Source: Bilabrum cf. latius
Lineage: Eukaryota
Reading direction: 5' to 3'
Assembly (NCBI GenBank): GCA_965178125.1
Contig: OZ237743.1
Span: 1 to 64,000, forward strand
DNA length: 64,000 nucleotides
A program made the translations under genes and the position numbers. The notes beneath the pieces are model-generated. The model was not told the origin of the DNA and did no database searches. It saw only the letters and a program-made list of their open reading frames with translations. This document shows, in pieces, positions 11,773 through 24,930 of the stretch (its first letter is position 1; the number at the start of each line of letters is the position of its first letter).

Positions 11773-14700
11773 TCAGCGAGAGCGTGGCCTCCGGCGAGCG
11801 CCCCTGCCGCGCTTGCCCCTGCCACGCCCGCGCCCCCTGCCTCGCCCACGGCCTGAATACGACCTTGCTTGCGGAGCAGTCGAGTCTGAGGATGCGCCAT
11901 TCATGCCTCCGTTGGGCCTCTCAGACCTCCTCTCGTCGTCATCGTCCTCGTCAATGTCCTCCTCGCCCTCGCCGGCGTCCATCGCGGCTTGCCCCGCCCC
12001 GGCCCCCCCGGCTCGCGCCAGCCCCACCAGGTCAGCCACGGCCTCCCGGGTCGCTGCGTCACGGGTGGAGTCCTCCCCTCCGTCGCCCTCTCCGTCCTCC
12101 ATCTCCGAGTCGGGCCGCCCTCCGCCCCGCCGCTCCCTGCTCCTCGGCCTCCCAGCCCCGGCCCCCACCGCGCCCCTGGCCCGAATCAGCGCCTCCACGC
12201 CTGCGAGCTCGTCGTCCTCCTCGTCGTCGGAACCGCTTCCGAACTGACGGCCACGGCCGCGGCCGACCATGCCAGCCTTGGCCCTGCCATTTCCACCGTC
12301 TTCGTCATCGTCTTCGTCATCGTCCTCGTCATCCTCATCGTCCCCACGCATGGCCGCCCCACGGGAGCGGGTAGTGGGCCGGGTGTTACCGTCCTCGTCT
12401 TCCTCCTCGTCCTCGCGGTCCAGCCGCCCAGACGTCGCGCTCGCCGCATCGCCGGCAGCAGACCCAGACGCACTCGCGGCGTCATCTTCCTATGCCTGTG
12501 CCCCCTCCCCCGGCTCCCCGTCCAGCCCCTCCAGCACCCTGAGCATCTGCTCGGCCTCCTCCTGGCTCACTCCTGCCGCCATCCCAGAGCTGGCACTCTG
12601 CCCGGCAGCGGCGGCCTGCAGGCTCCTGCGGGCCGCCGACAGGAACCGCGCCTCTGCTCTCTGCAGGGCCGCCCGCAGCGACAGGCCCTCCGACTCCATG
12701 GCGTGGGCGTCCCGCAGCAGCGCGGCATTCCGGGCCCGCGTGTCGTTGAGCATCTGCAGGAGCTTGGCGGCCTGCAGCCGGCTGTGCACCAGCCGCTGGG
12801 CCTGGTCCTTGCCGGCCTCCTCAGCCTTGCGCAGCTGGAACTGCAGCCGGCGCACCTCGCCCCTGTTCCGCTGCAGCTCCCGCGCCAGGTGACCCCCGGC
12901 CGCACCGCCCCCGTGCGCCCGCCCAGAAGACCGCGAAGTGCCCAAGCCCCTGCCTGTGCCCGCACCGTCATCACCGGAGCTCCCTTGCCCATGGGCGTCG
13001 CCCCGGGCCTCGGATGAACCCGCGGGCTCAATCTCGCCGCCGAGACCCAGGCCGCTGCCCGCCGCCGAGCCACCCGCGTCAGACGTGAACCTGGAGAGGC
13101 CAACGGAGAAACCTGCCGCGCTGTGCTGCGGGAAGGGCGACCTTGGCTCGGCCCTGGGCGAGGACACGGGGCCCTGCCCCACCTGGTCCCAGCGCCTCTG
13201 CGCCGCGGCCGAGGAGCTGGAGCTGAAAACACCCACGCCCATGCCCTCGTCCTAACCGCTGCCTCGCTCCACTGAGGGGCTGCGGGCCCCTGCGGCAGCC
13301 CCCATTGAGTCCATGGACAGGGCAGAGTAGGACCTACCGCGAGGGGTGCTGTGGGCGGAGGCGTTGGGCCCGAGCTGTGCCGCCACTCCCGCCGACCCCG
13401 CTGCGCCGTCCATCTCCATGGCGAACATGGCAGCTGCAACCCCCGCGTCCCTCGGATCCTCTGCCCCAGCCGCCGAGAGCATGAATCTGCGGATGGAGAT
13501 GGCGTGTCGGGGCCGCCTCGGGTCGGCGAACACCCCCGAGATGAACCCCAGCTCAGGGTGTCCCCTGTGGGGATCCACTCGGAGGGGCACCCCCCTAGGT
13601 ACCATCCCGTTGTCGCCCTGGCCCGCGTCCTGGCCGTCCCGGATGGTCTGCACCACCGAGGGCTGCCACACGGTCCGGAAGACCGGCTGGCGGGGGTGCA
13701 GCACCTGCTGGGAGTCCTTCTCCTGGGGCACTGGCTGCCCATCGTCCGAGGCAGACCCAGAGGAGGCAGACCTGCCCTCGTTGTCAGAGCCATCGTCTTC
13801 CATGGCCTGCTGCTAGCCCTCCTGCCCAGCGGTACGCCGCGAAGACCGCCGGCGGGGGGGCCTCGCTGCTGCTCGGCCACCTTTGCCAGCCCCCCTCTTG
13901 CTCCTGCCCGAGGCCTGGGAGGCGCCATCGTTCGCACCGTCCGACTCCCCCTTTGGGTCACCGTTGGGCCCCTTGAAGCTGACCTTGGACAGGCTGCTGC
14001 CGATGCCCAAAGAGGCAGTCACAGCATCGGAGGCAGCTCGCGCCGCTGCTCCCTCCAACACGGCCTCCTTGGCCGCCTCGCCCGCAGAGAAACCGCCCCA
14101 CAGCCCCGCCGCGATGCTCTGCATCCCATCGGGGTCCATCCCGCGAGGACCAATGTAGTACCCGCCCATACTGCCGCCGATCCCGCCGGCAGCGGCCGTG
14201 GCGAAGCACCTTCGTGCGGGCCGCCCAGTGATGGCCCAGCGCGAGACTACCGCCTGCAGATCCAGGGCGTCGGGGCCGTGGGGTCCCGCACCCGCCTCTC
14301 CTGCGGTCGCCACCAGCTCTAGTTGCTCTGCCGGCATTGTGGCCACGGCGCCCCACCTCAGCTTGACCCGAGTCATGTGCGCCTCTCCAGCGGCCCGCGC
14401 ATCCTCAGCCGCGCCGCCACTCGCGGGGTCTGCCTGCGCGACCACCCAGCCGTCCCCGATGGGGGACACCACGAAGTCTCCAGCGGCCAGGAGGGGCGCC
14501 GCTGGCTGGGTGTCCTGGGAGGAACTGCCCGCTGGGACGTCCGCCGGCGCACCCAGGCTCCCCTGCAGCGCCGCAGCCGCCCTGGCTCCGGGGTCAGCCG
14601 CAAAGCCTCCAGGCACGCCCGAGAACACACCATCACCGAGGGATCGCGCCAGGCGTGCCCGTAGCTGGGCGTTCTGGCGGTAGAGGGCCGCGCTGCGGAG

Positions 14701-16548
14701 CACCTCGGAGGCCTGCAGCCGCTCGCGGCGATCCACGCGCAGGCCCGCCTCGATGGCTCGCCGGAGGGTCACCGAGACGCCCCGCAGGTGCCCAACCGAG
14801 TGAGGCCTCAGGGTCTGCACGCCGCCCTTGCTGTCCTCTCCGTCGTCTCCGTCAGAAGGCGACACAACTCCGGCCGCTGCAGCGTCAAGCACCTCGCGGA
14901 GAGCCGCCCCACCGACCCCCGCGTCTGACGCTGCCCCGGCGAAGATCGCCTGGAGGTCTGCGTCCGCATCCACGTCCGGCTCACTGTCATCGTCATCAGC
15001 ATCGCCGTCGTCTGCCATCTGATCGCTGCCCGCCGCCGCCTTGGGAGCCGTCGTACGCCCGCCCCCTGCCTGCCGATCCGTCCTCCGCTTGGCCGCAGCC
15101 TCCAGGGCGCGCTTGCTCGCCGCCAGGGCCCTCGCCGCCTCTGCTATCGCCCTGCTCGAGGCCTTGCGCCGAGACCGAGCCGTCTGCAGGGCAGCCTCCA
15201 GGGCGCCCACGGCCTGGGCCTGCTCCGCTTCATCCGCCACAAACTGCTGCAGCTGCTGCACGTACTCCCTCCGCAGCAGCAGGTAGGCCTTGTCTCGCTC
15301 CTCACGCCGGCCCTGCACCGCCTCCAGCCGCTGCCTGAGGCTCAGCGTGGCACTCAGAGCGCCCATGCCCGCTGGAACCTCGCCACCGCCTGTGGAGGGC
15401 CCACCAGGCACCGCCCCCGCGGCCCACTCAGTCTGCACCCTCGCCAGCCGTCTTGCCTCGGCGACGGCAGCATCCGCGGCTGGCTCGTCTCCGAGAGCCT
15501 GCGCCGAGGTGCCGTCCGACGAGCCCTTCGACGCCCCCAGCGCGTTGTGCAGCGCGGCACTCGCATCCTCCTGCGCATTCCTCGTCTGTTCCTGTCCCAG
15601 GGCGGCGTCCTCCGCCTCCCAGGCCGCGTCCATGGCTTCGCAGTATGCGTCCGTGCCCGCCACGGAGGGCAGGCTCCCGTGCTGAAGGGCCTTCACCGGG
15701 GGATCCACGCGGCGCACCTTGCTCGGAGGCTCCTGGTCCTCGTCGTTGTCCTCGTCCTCCTCCCCGGTGGAGGAGCCTTGCTCCTATGCGGCACCTCCCT
15801 GCTTGCCCGCGCTCTCCGCCTCTGCCTCGGAGCCTGGCCCGCCGCCGGTGGCACGGGCGGGACCTCCGGGGCCCTCGCTTTGGCCCGCCTGCTTCCAGTC
15901 CAGCGCGTGCCCCAGCCCCCCTGCAGCAAACACCCCGGGCAGGCAGGGCCGCGCACCGCGGGCCGCGCTCGTACAAGCCAGGGCGGCTTGCGCAGCAACG
16001 GCCTGTGCAGCGGCACCCGCTGGCACCCCCACGGTGCGGTCGAGGCCAAGCGCCGCCCCGCCCAAGCCTAGTGGAGCGGCGCCGCCCACAGCGAACCGGT
16101 TCTGCAGCACGCCCCCCGCCCTTACCCGGCCGAGCATGTCCCCGTCCGCTACAATGCGAGCCGTGACCCAACCGGAGAGTGCGCGCGCGGGGGCAGCTAG
16201 CTCCAGTTCCGATGGGAAGCCCGCATCCCCTCCCGAAAAGGCAGCTGCCTCGAGGGCGCGCACCTCCTCGGCGCTCGCCTCCCCCTCCTCTTCCTCCTCA
16301 TCCTCGTCCTCGTCATCGTCCTCGTCGCCATCCTGATCTCCGCCGCCTGGGGCCTAGCTGCCGGCACGTCCGTCCGGAGAATCAGCGTCCTCATCCTCAT
16401 CATCTTCATCGTCCTCGTCCCCGGCCCCGCGACTTGACCGCCCCCCACGGCCGCGCTGGCTCCTGCGCTTCAGGCGTTCGGACTTCTCGCGCATGGCAAC
16501 TTCTGCTTTCCCCGCGTTGATGTTCGCGGCATCCTAGTCCGCAAGTAC
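11773..16548 (-). CDS. Large low-complexity/coiled-coil protein (~1590 aa exon; 5' end unresolved) with a possible SH3/Tudor-like segment
   Basis: Five same-frame ORFs separated only by TAG (16534, 16354, 15784, 13813, 13252, 12490). Ends at TGA. Segment GDFVVSPIGDGWVV...VKLRWGAVATM. Confidence 0.65.
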
Positions 16549-17892
16549 CTGCTATATGTTATAATTGGTGTGGCATCGCGCTGCTGTGCATACTCCCGTC
16601 AGGATTTGGAATCATCTATGAAGCTGTCCGATCTCGTGAACCACGGGTTCATGCCGCAAAAGCAAATCGGGCAGACAATCCAAGCAAATGACTACAGTGA
16701 ACTTAATAAGTGCGTGGCATCGGCTGATCAGAACCGCTTCCGCGTCGCAGCATACTGTGCTCACTTCAGCTACTTGCGGTCGCACGCCTGTGACGCTGAA
16801 GACATCATCGGCAAACTCGTTCGGGCCCAGCGGTGCAAGACCTGCGGCGCATGAAGGGATATAATACGAACTACTCTATTAAAGGTGGGACAATTGTGGC
16901 GCGCTGTCGACTTGTCGCGACCCAGCACGAGCACGGTTCTTTGAAAACGGCAAGTTCCTCCCACTGACCGGATCTCAAGACTCACGCAACTCCCTTTCCT
17001 AAGAATGAGAGCCACAATCAATGCATTCAACAAAAGCAACTCAACAAACACTTATTGCTGGCAAGGGGGAATCGATCGTCATCGGTAAATACAATGATCG
17101 GGTGCATGACTGTGCCTGCTTCCGCGAGCCTCCAGACAGCCGAGCTGGGTCTGCATTCTCATCCTAGTATGGCGATTCGTCTCGTTCTACTCACCGGTGA
17201 GATGCGGAGGCAACCGCAATATTTTGCCATGATGAGAAAGATCTTTTACGGGGGGCAGCTTCGGAACCACGGGTGCAGCGGGCCCATCGTCCCCGTGTCT
17301 TCGACTGCGTATTGAACCAAAAAGAGGTTTGTTGACGCGTCAAACAGCAGAATAACTTGTAATAATAAAAATTACAGGCTGCACGGAACGTTTGCCGGCA
17401 AGGCGGGCTCCTGCGCCAAGCGCCAAGCTGCCTCATAGACCACCGCACGCCGACCGAGCACAGTGGCAACACGTGCACTTGCTCTGTACAACACCGGTGC
17501 AGGCGGTGTACAACCCAAGTCAGTTCTTGTATTTGATATCTAACCACGTTCGCCTCACCGTTTGCGCGTGTTCATGCCTGAAACGATTCTTCAGGCGGTT
17601 GCACTTCGCGGATTCTCTTGATTTGCCGGTGCTTTCAAAACCAGTGCAAAGCTTATAGACTGCCAAGCGACCCTTCGCAACGGATTAAAAATGAGTACCA
17701 AAATAAACTCTACGGTTCAACCGCCCGGGCAAGTGCTGATAGGCTTGTCGGAACGGCGCTGATGCCCAAAACGGGGGTTCGATTGAGGCCAATGTGCGGT
17801 TGTAACCAATGATCGGATCAACGAAGTCAACCGAACGTTCCAAAGCTAGGTTGTGGCATTCGCACACGTTTAGTCAGAAAAATACGGATCAT

Positions 17893-19680
17893 TCACCTTT
17901 CGATTATTCTCAAGCTTCCAGTTACCACCTTGTTATCGAGAATGGCTCCATCCGGCAGGTCTATTCGGCTGCCGGAGTGCGCGACCACGATCACAGTCCC
18001 TCGCAGCTTCACGCCCCTGCCCATGTTCACGTTGCCGCTCACCGTCAGGTGGTCCAACTCCAGCATGTCGGGCAGGCCCGCCTCCCCCCCTTTGAATCTC
18101 TGGTAGTAGTCCCTGAGCATGGCGAACTCGGGTCCCAGCTGCACCACCGGGATGGAGGCCACGTCCCTCGAGGGATTCCGCACCAGCGACCCGTGCTTCA
18201 CCGCGAACACGTTGCTCTGCACCGTCAGCAGATCGCTCGTCGTCTTCACGGGCAGGAACCTGTCCCTAGACACCTCAATCCCCACCGCGGCAGGCAGCGC
18301 CTCCACGATGCTCCCCGCGGAGGTCTCGATCTCGAGCAGAGCGCGGCCACCCATCTCCCGCTGGTTCACCAGCACGGGCATGCGGATGCGGCCGGAGGCA
18401 GAGGCCTCGCGAGCCACCAGTTCTTCCACCGCCGCGCAACTGACCCACAGGTTGTTCGTGTTGAAGGCAGCGAACGTCTTCAAAGACCGGAACTCGGCGT
18501 CGTGCTCGGCCGGCACCTGCGCGGGCTCCACCAGCCGGGGCCTCCCATCGTACTCGATGAGGGTTCCGCCAGTGACGTCTGCTCTGGTCTTGGGCGTGAC
18601 CTCCATGCAGCAGGGCAGGTCCCCGTTGACCATGTGGTACAGTATCTCCAGAGAGGCGGTGGCCCCCAGGTTGTCAACGTTGCTGATGAAGATGTACTCT
18701 TTGCCCGCCCGGCGGAGTGCACGCAGCATCCCGCTCTTTGCAAGGGCCCGGTACACGTCTCCGTGCCCCGGCGGGTACCACGCCTGGGCCGCTGCCGGGC
18801 TGAACGGCTCCACAGGGACCGGCACCAGCGTGTCCCTGTCCACGCGCGGGTAGCAGGACTGCGTGAAGCAGTGGATCGTGACGTGGTGCTCGGCGTACCT
18901 CCGGACCACGCGAACAGTCTCTTCGTGCGTGTGGAACGAGTTCATGAGCACGAGAGGCACATCCACTCCGTACATTGTGTTTAAATACTCCACCTGCCGG
19001 ACGGCGAGATCCAAGAACGTGAGACCGCTCCTGACCTCGATCGCACCCTTCGAGCCGCGACAGCCCATCCGAGTTCCTAGACCCCCATTCAACTTTACAA
19101 TAGCTAGCTTTTGGAGAAGCTCATGTCTTAGCTTCGTGTCAGCCGGGCACGCCTCCAAGTCGCCGATGCTGGTCACGAGTTTGGCCGATGCTGGCCGGAC
19201 CTTTGACCAATCCATCTTTGGTTTTCGACGCTTTTGTTCTGCATACTACCCAAGCAAGTCGAGAAACTCTCTAGCGCTGTCAGGATCCAGGATGGATCGC
19301 ACACTCTGCGATTGACAGCAAAGAAAGACGAACACCGAACCGATCTGGAGCTTCGAGGCGAAGAAATTCAGCAGCACTAGAATAATCCTTGATCAACCAA
19401 CACTCACATCGTTTATTGTAGATCGGGCACCGGCTGGAATCCCACCCCGTGTCTGGGTGAATTCGTGCAAGGAAGCTGATTCCGCCTCGCGCGGGGCACC
19501 TATGCCGCCAAACTCCTCTTCACCAGCCCCACCAGCTGCAGCAGAGCTACCATTATCCCTGGAGATGCTGTCGCTTGCTTTTGCCCCTCCTAAGCCAGCG
19601 CCATCATCGACACTAGGTTCGAGCGCTCCATCCGGAGCTCCCGCTCCATCCGCCTCGTAGTCGCCGGCTACCGCAGCCAT
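17893..19680 (-). CDS. UGP1: UTP--glucose-1-phosphate uridylyltransferase
   Basis: Motifs KLNGGLGTRMGC, LVLMNSF, WYPPGHGD, SNVDNLGA, FNTNNLW, RFLPVK. Intron 19407-19306; in-frame TAG at 19246; TGA stop. Confidence 0.95.
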
Positions 19681-19819
19681 CGCAGCCCTCCAGTACTTAA
19701 TAAATTGCGGAGCGTGCCAGGCGCAGTTTATTGGCTTTCCATCCGAACAGGCAACCTCACGGCCCATCGAACCACGACGAACCCCTAACCGAACGTGAGA
19801 ATCCGGCGGACACACTCCA

Positions 19820-21268
19820 ATGAATGTATGGGAGCGCAGCCGATCGGTCGTTACAGCCAGCATTGTTTTCTTGTCTGGGGTCGGCGCTGGCATTGCAATA
19901 GGCTTGTTGCTGCGGGCCAGATCAGAGAAACGGAGCTCGTCGTCAAAGAGGTCAACTGCAATTCTGCAGGGATGGGTCGATGCAGTCGGTAATACGCCCC
20001 TAGTTCGATTGAAAAGCATATCAGAAGAAACAGGTTGCGAAGTTCTAGCCAAGATGGAGTTTCTGAACCCCGGTGGTACGCCGAAGGATCGAGTTGCGGC
20101 CAGCATTGTGAAAGAAGCCGTGCGCTCGGGCCAACTGAAGCGGGGCGGAACCGTTGTGGAAGGCACTAGCGGCTCAACCGGAATTGCTCTAGCTATGGCT
20201 GCTCGGGCATATGGCTGCAAGTGCGAAGTAGTGCTCCCGGACGACTAGTCCATGGAGAAAGAAATTGCGCTGAAGCGGCTCGGGGCAAAGGTGCACCGCG
20301 TGAAGTGCTGCTCGATCGTGAGCGATAACCACTACGTCAACGTGGCGAGGCGACTGGGCTCGCGACCTGGCTGCATTTTTGGCAACCAGTTCGAGACGCT
20401 GGCGAACTATCGAGCCCACCTGGCAACGACCGGGCCGGAGATCTGGCGCCAGTGTGGTGGCCGGCTGGACGCTTTTGTGATGGGAGCAGGGACAGGTGGC
20501 ACGATTGCTGGAGTGAGCAGAGCACTGGCCGATTTGGGAGTTGAGAGAACGCCCCGCCGCGAGCGATCCCCGCGAGACGATGTCTCCGTGGGGGGGGCGG
20601 AACCTTGCCGTGGATCTGCTGTGCCGGACACTGACAGCGCGATCAAGCGGTCATTAGAATCTACTCGCGTGGACGAGCTCCGCGAGCGCGGGGACAAGGT
20701 CCGCTGGGTTGGTCGCAGCGGTGCCTGGGTGCTGCTGGCAGACCCCCCTGGGTCCTCGCTGCTGCACAAGGTCAAGCACGGAGTGTGCTACGCCCCCCAG
20801 CAGGCAGAGCGGGCGGTGCGGAGACACAGGTACGACAGCATCGTGGAAGGTGTGGGCCTGGATCGACTCACGCGTAATTTCCGGCAGGCTCTGGTGGACG
20901 ATGGGTGCCGTGTCAGCGACGGAGAGACCACGCTCATGGCCCGCCGGCTGCTGCGTGAGGAGGGCCTCTTCGTGGGGTCCTCTGCTGCCATGAACGTGGC
21001 GGCGGCACGCAGGCTTGCGCTGGCGATGGGGCCCGGGCACAGGATTGTGACTGTGCTGTGCGATTCGGGGTCTCGTCACGTGAGTCGGTTCTGGAGCGAG
21101 AGCTGGATGAGGGAGCACGGCTTTGGGGAGCAGCTGGATGCAGCCCAGGCAGCCGAAGAAGGATGCGGGGAGCAGACGCAAGGGAAGGATTTGTAGCAAG
21201 GAGACAGTTCGCGCGCAGGTGATGGCACAACTGGGGAGTCCCACATCGAGGCGCACGACGGGCAGTGA
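19820..21268 (+). CDS. Cysteine synthase-like PLP enzyme with N-terminal membrane anchor (MCY1/Cys12-like)
   Basis: Motifs VGNTPLVRL, KMEFLNPGGTPKDRVA, EGTSGSTGIALA, GAGTGGTIAG, EGLFVGSS, LCDSGSRH. In-frame TAG at 20246 (PDD*SMEK) and at 21194; TGA stop. Confidence 0.93.
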
Positions 21269-21431
21269 GCAGCCATCACACACTTGCCAGGGCACGGCGG
21301 TTGCAGAGGAGTTGCTGTGCTTGGGTCGGCCTCTGCACAGAGCAGTAAATGAATTCCAATTTTACAATGCAGCAAGCAGTCTTTCAATGCCCAGTTCTCT
21401 CTACGGACGCACCGCGCGGCCCTGTTCGAGC

Positions 21432-24400
21432 TCATCGCCCCCCCTAGGCAGTCGAACCTCCACCAGCCTAGGCCGGTGCCCCTGCCTTGGGAATCCCCGT
21501 CCGTACGCGCTGCATCATGCGGAAGCTCTCCCTCCGCCGCAGCACCTCACGCGCGTCTCTCATCGCTGATTCACCCGCCGGCACATTGGTGCCCACCGCC
21601 ACGTCTGCCCGGCTGCCCTCGGCCCCTAGCGAGACGTCCTCCAGTCCAGGGGCTGCGTCCAAGTCGCTGCCTCCGCCGAACGTGACGCCTGTTCCCGAGC
21701 CTGGCATCTTGTTGCGAGCGTACTCGGCCGGGTTCAGCACAGCCGAGTGGGCTGGCATCACGGCGCCTTGTCGCACCGCCTCCCTCGTCGTGCGCACCCG
21801 CTCCTCCGTGGACTCCGACTACAGCCCTCTGGCACCCCCTGCCCTGTGGCTCCCGCTAGACCGCGCAGCTGGCGACCCAGACGCCCCCGCCGCTCCAGCT
21901 CCCCCCACCCCATCGTCGTCCTCGTCACCCCCAGCGCCTACCTCCTCTGGATCTCTCTGCACCAAGTCGGCGTACCGCTGCGCGTCCCGCAGCAACCGCA
22001 GCGCCTCCTCGGGTTTCTCGGCTTTCATGGCAGCTTCGGCCCGCTCCATGAGCTCTGAGTGGGCCTTTTGCGCGCGAAGACTCTGCACCCACTCCCTGCC
22101 GCTGGCCTCGTCCTGTGCCTGCACCAGCAGTACTCTCCCGTGGATCGTGTTGATGCGGAAGGCCCCCCTGCGAGTCATGGGCTGCACGTCCGCGATGTCC
22201 TTGAGCTGCACTACCCCTTTGGGCGCGAAGGAGTCCGGCTCGTAGTACTCGAGCGAGTCCCCGCTCAGCACGAAGCTCCGCTCTCTCCAGCTGTGCACGA
22301 TCTGGCCCCGCTTCACCAACAGTCCCGTCTTCACCACGCGCCGCTTGCGAGCCTCGAAGCCGAGGAGCTGGTTCCTGACTCCGGCCAGCTGCGCCGAGCC
22401 CACTGTCCCCGTGATCCAGTCGTGCTCAAGGACCTCCTCGGCGGTGGCTCGGCGGGCGGGGTCTACCTGCAGCATCTTGCTGACCAGGTCCTTGGCCTTG
22501 TCGCTGACCGCATCCCAGTACGGGCTGTCGAACCGGTAGTTGCCCTGCTTGATCATTTTGAAGAGCATCTGCTGGTTGGGGTGCTGGAAGGGCTGGTACC
22601 CGCACAGCAAAATGTACGAGATGATGCCCAGCGACCAGATGTCTGCCTGGTACCCGTAAGGCCGCTGCTGCAAAATCTCCGGGGCCACGTAGGAAGGGGT
22701 CCCGCAGGCGCTTCTCAGCCCGCGCATGGGGACCTCGGCTGCGAATCCCAAGTCTGCCAGGCGCAGGGGAGCGTCTGGCTCTGGTCCTGCCAGCAGGATG
22801 TTCTCCGGCTTGAGGTCCCTGTGGGCCACCCCGCGGGCGTGCATGTACGCGAGGGCCTCGGCGAGTGCCTTGACCACGTCCCTGGCCTGCCTCTCGTCGT
22901 ACGTGGACGAGTTCACGATTCGATCGAAGAGCTCCCCGCCAGTCAAGAAGTCAGAGACCAGCACCCAACGGTCGTCCACCTCCCAGAAGCCCAGCAGACC
23001 CACGATGTGCGGATGTCGGACCTCTTTGCCGATCATCACCTCGCGGTAGAAGGAACGGAGGGCATTCGAGCTCCCGGCCAGTCGAGACTTGCTCACGAAC
23101 TTGGCCGCCACAGCCCTGCCCCGCGTGAGGTCAGTCGCCCGGTGCACGATCGAGTACCCGCCACGCCCCACCACCTCGTGCACCTCGAAGAGCTCGTTGA
23201 AGTCCCCGCGGTTCACCAAGCCCCTGAAATCCTTGTCAGTGGGCGACTCGGGCAGCTTCCGCGCGTCCCTCGATGCCCCCGCGAGCCGAAGACCGGCCCG
23301 CCTCGCCAGCCATGCAGCGTCCTCCTCTGGCGTGCGTCCGGGATCCGAGGCAGACCCACCCGTCCCGGAGCCCGAGGCAGCTGCCGCAGAGGGTGAGGCA
23401 GAGGAGGAGGCCCCCGAGGCCTGGCTGGCGCCCGCGGCGGCGGCGGATCCCGGAGCGGCAGGGGCCTTAGGTCCGGCCCCGGCCCCGGCTGCAGGCACGT
23501 CTGCCCTGAGATGCACGGACTGCAGGACAATGCTATAGGCCTGCTGCACCACTGGAGTCCACCGCCCGTCCTGCTGCTCGTAGTGCGCGACGCATGCCGC
23601 CACGATCCTGTCCCTCACCGAAGCAGTCACCTCCTCCTGGCACAGCAGCGACTGGAGGGAGGCCAGGGACTCCACCAGGGAGCGCTCGCTCAGGGCGCTG
23701 CGCAGGGCGGAAATGGCCCGCTCTAGAGCGGCCGACCCCCGGTTGGGGTCCCTGACCCCTGACTTGGACAGGCGGTCCAGCTCGCCCCTCGCTTCGTCCT
23801 GCGCTGCGGCGCTCCCGCTGAGCAGCTGCCGGCGGATGTCGTCCCGACCACCCTCGCTCAGCGCCCCGGCTTCGAATAATCGGCTAGTCTCCCGAAGCAG
23901 CTGCGTTAGCGGGGTGGGCTTGCTCCTCAGCTGATCGATCGCCTGCACCCAAGCATCGCGGTCCAACTCATCTTTCGCGATCATTTGATAAACTCGACCA
24001 TCGGAACGCACCTCCACCTCAAGGACGACCGGGTTGGTGCATTTTCGAACAGCTGACATATCACCGAGCACAATGGTACCGCGTTTTTGACCGACGGGAA
24101 TTGCGCCCGCCCTCAGGTCATCTCGCTCTACTCCTGCGATGGCAGCTTCTGCCGTTCTCTGTGCCCGCTCCGCGTCCTCTCCCCCACCTACAGGAACTGC
24201 AATAGAGGTAGATCCCGTCTTATCATCTTCGGCTGTGCCGTCACTCCGGCCGCGGCTTCGACTTCGCGTGTCTCTGCGCGCGCTGTCCTCGGCTTTCAGC
24301 TGCAGCTACGAGGCATCACTTTCAGATCCAGCCTCTGAGCGAGACCTTGAACCATTCTCCTCTGCGGCTGGTACGAAGTAGCGAAGCCCAGAGGGTGTCA

Positions 24401-24716
24401 GGATGAACATTCTGGTATTCCAAGTCCTGAAGACTGCACCCTGCGAGGCTCGTTGCAGGGGCAAAAGGTTGGAATCAACGAGGAGTGCAGAGAAGCCGAT
24501 TCAATTGAACGAGCCAGGTGCATCGATTGTACCAAATTGTAGAGAAAAGGCACCCACCTGCTTCCGTAGGGTCCCGAACTTAACGACAATTTCATTATGC
24601 CAGGGTGGCATCCGCGACGAGGTTCGCTTGGGGAGGCCGCTGCTAGAGCTACTGCTTATCCCGCTGTCTCCTGCTCCCCGTAATGGAGGCACATATGATC
24701 CCGTGGCAGTGGTCAT
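21432..24716 (-). CDS. CaMK-group Ser/Thr kinase flanked by two PH domains
   Basis: Kinase motifs VGRGGYSIV, HRDLKPEN, ADLGFA, CGTPSYVAPE. PH motifs VKFGTLRKQ|GAVFRTWNTRMF and KTGLLVKRGQIVHSWRERSF. Intron 24557-24441; TAG at 24306, 21819, 21468, 21444; TGA stop. Confidence 0.9.
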
Positions 24717-24930
24717 GGCAAAACTGTATCGCGTAAACTACCGTCGAGCCATTCCTATAAACTCCTACATTAAATCTTCATCTTTCTGAATGAGTCACTG
24801 CAGACATCATTTCAAGCTTGTAGAGTCCGACGAAGAGCATGCCCTTCATTGCAACAAAAAAGTGGCAACAAGAGGGACAGACAAAGCCCAAATACCCCAC
24901 ACGGCCTCAAACTAGCTTCTAAAACGCGGC

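Noticed and set aside
16560-17800. Possible small multi-exon gene, or 5' exons of the 11773-16548 gene
   Set aside because: Splice-like signals are present, but I could not build a consistent, identifiable model.
20246-20248. In-frame TAGs interpreted as 3' acceptors of tiny introns
   Set aside because: The flanks align contiguously with conserved motifs. The real introns here are about 90-200 nt with clear GTRAG-like donors.
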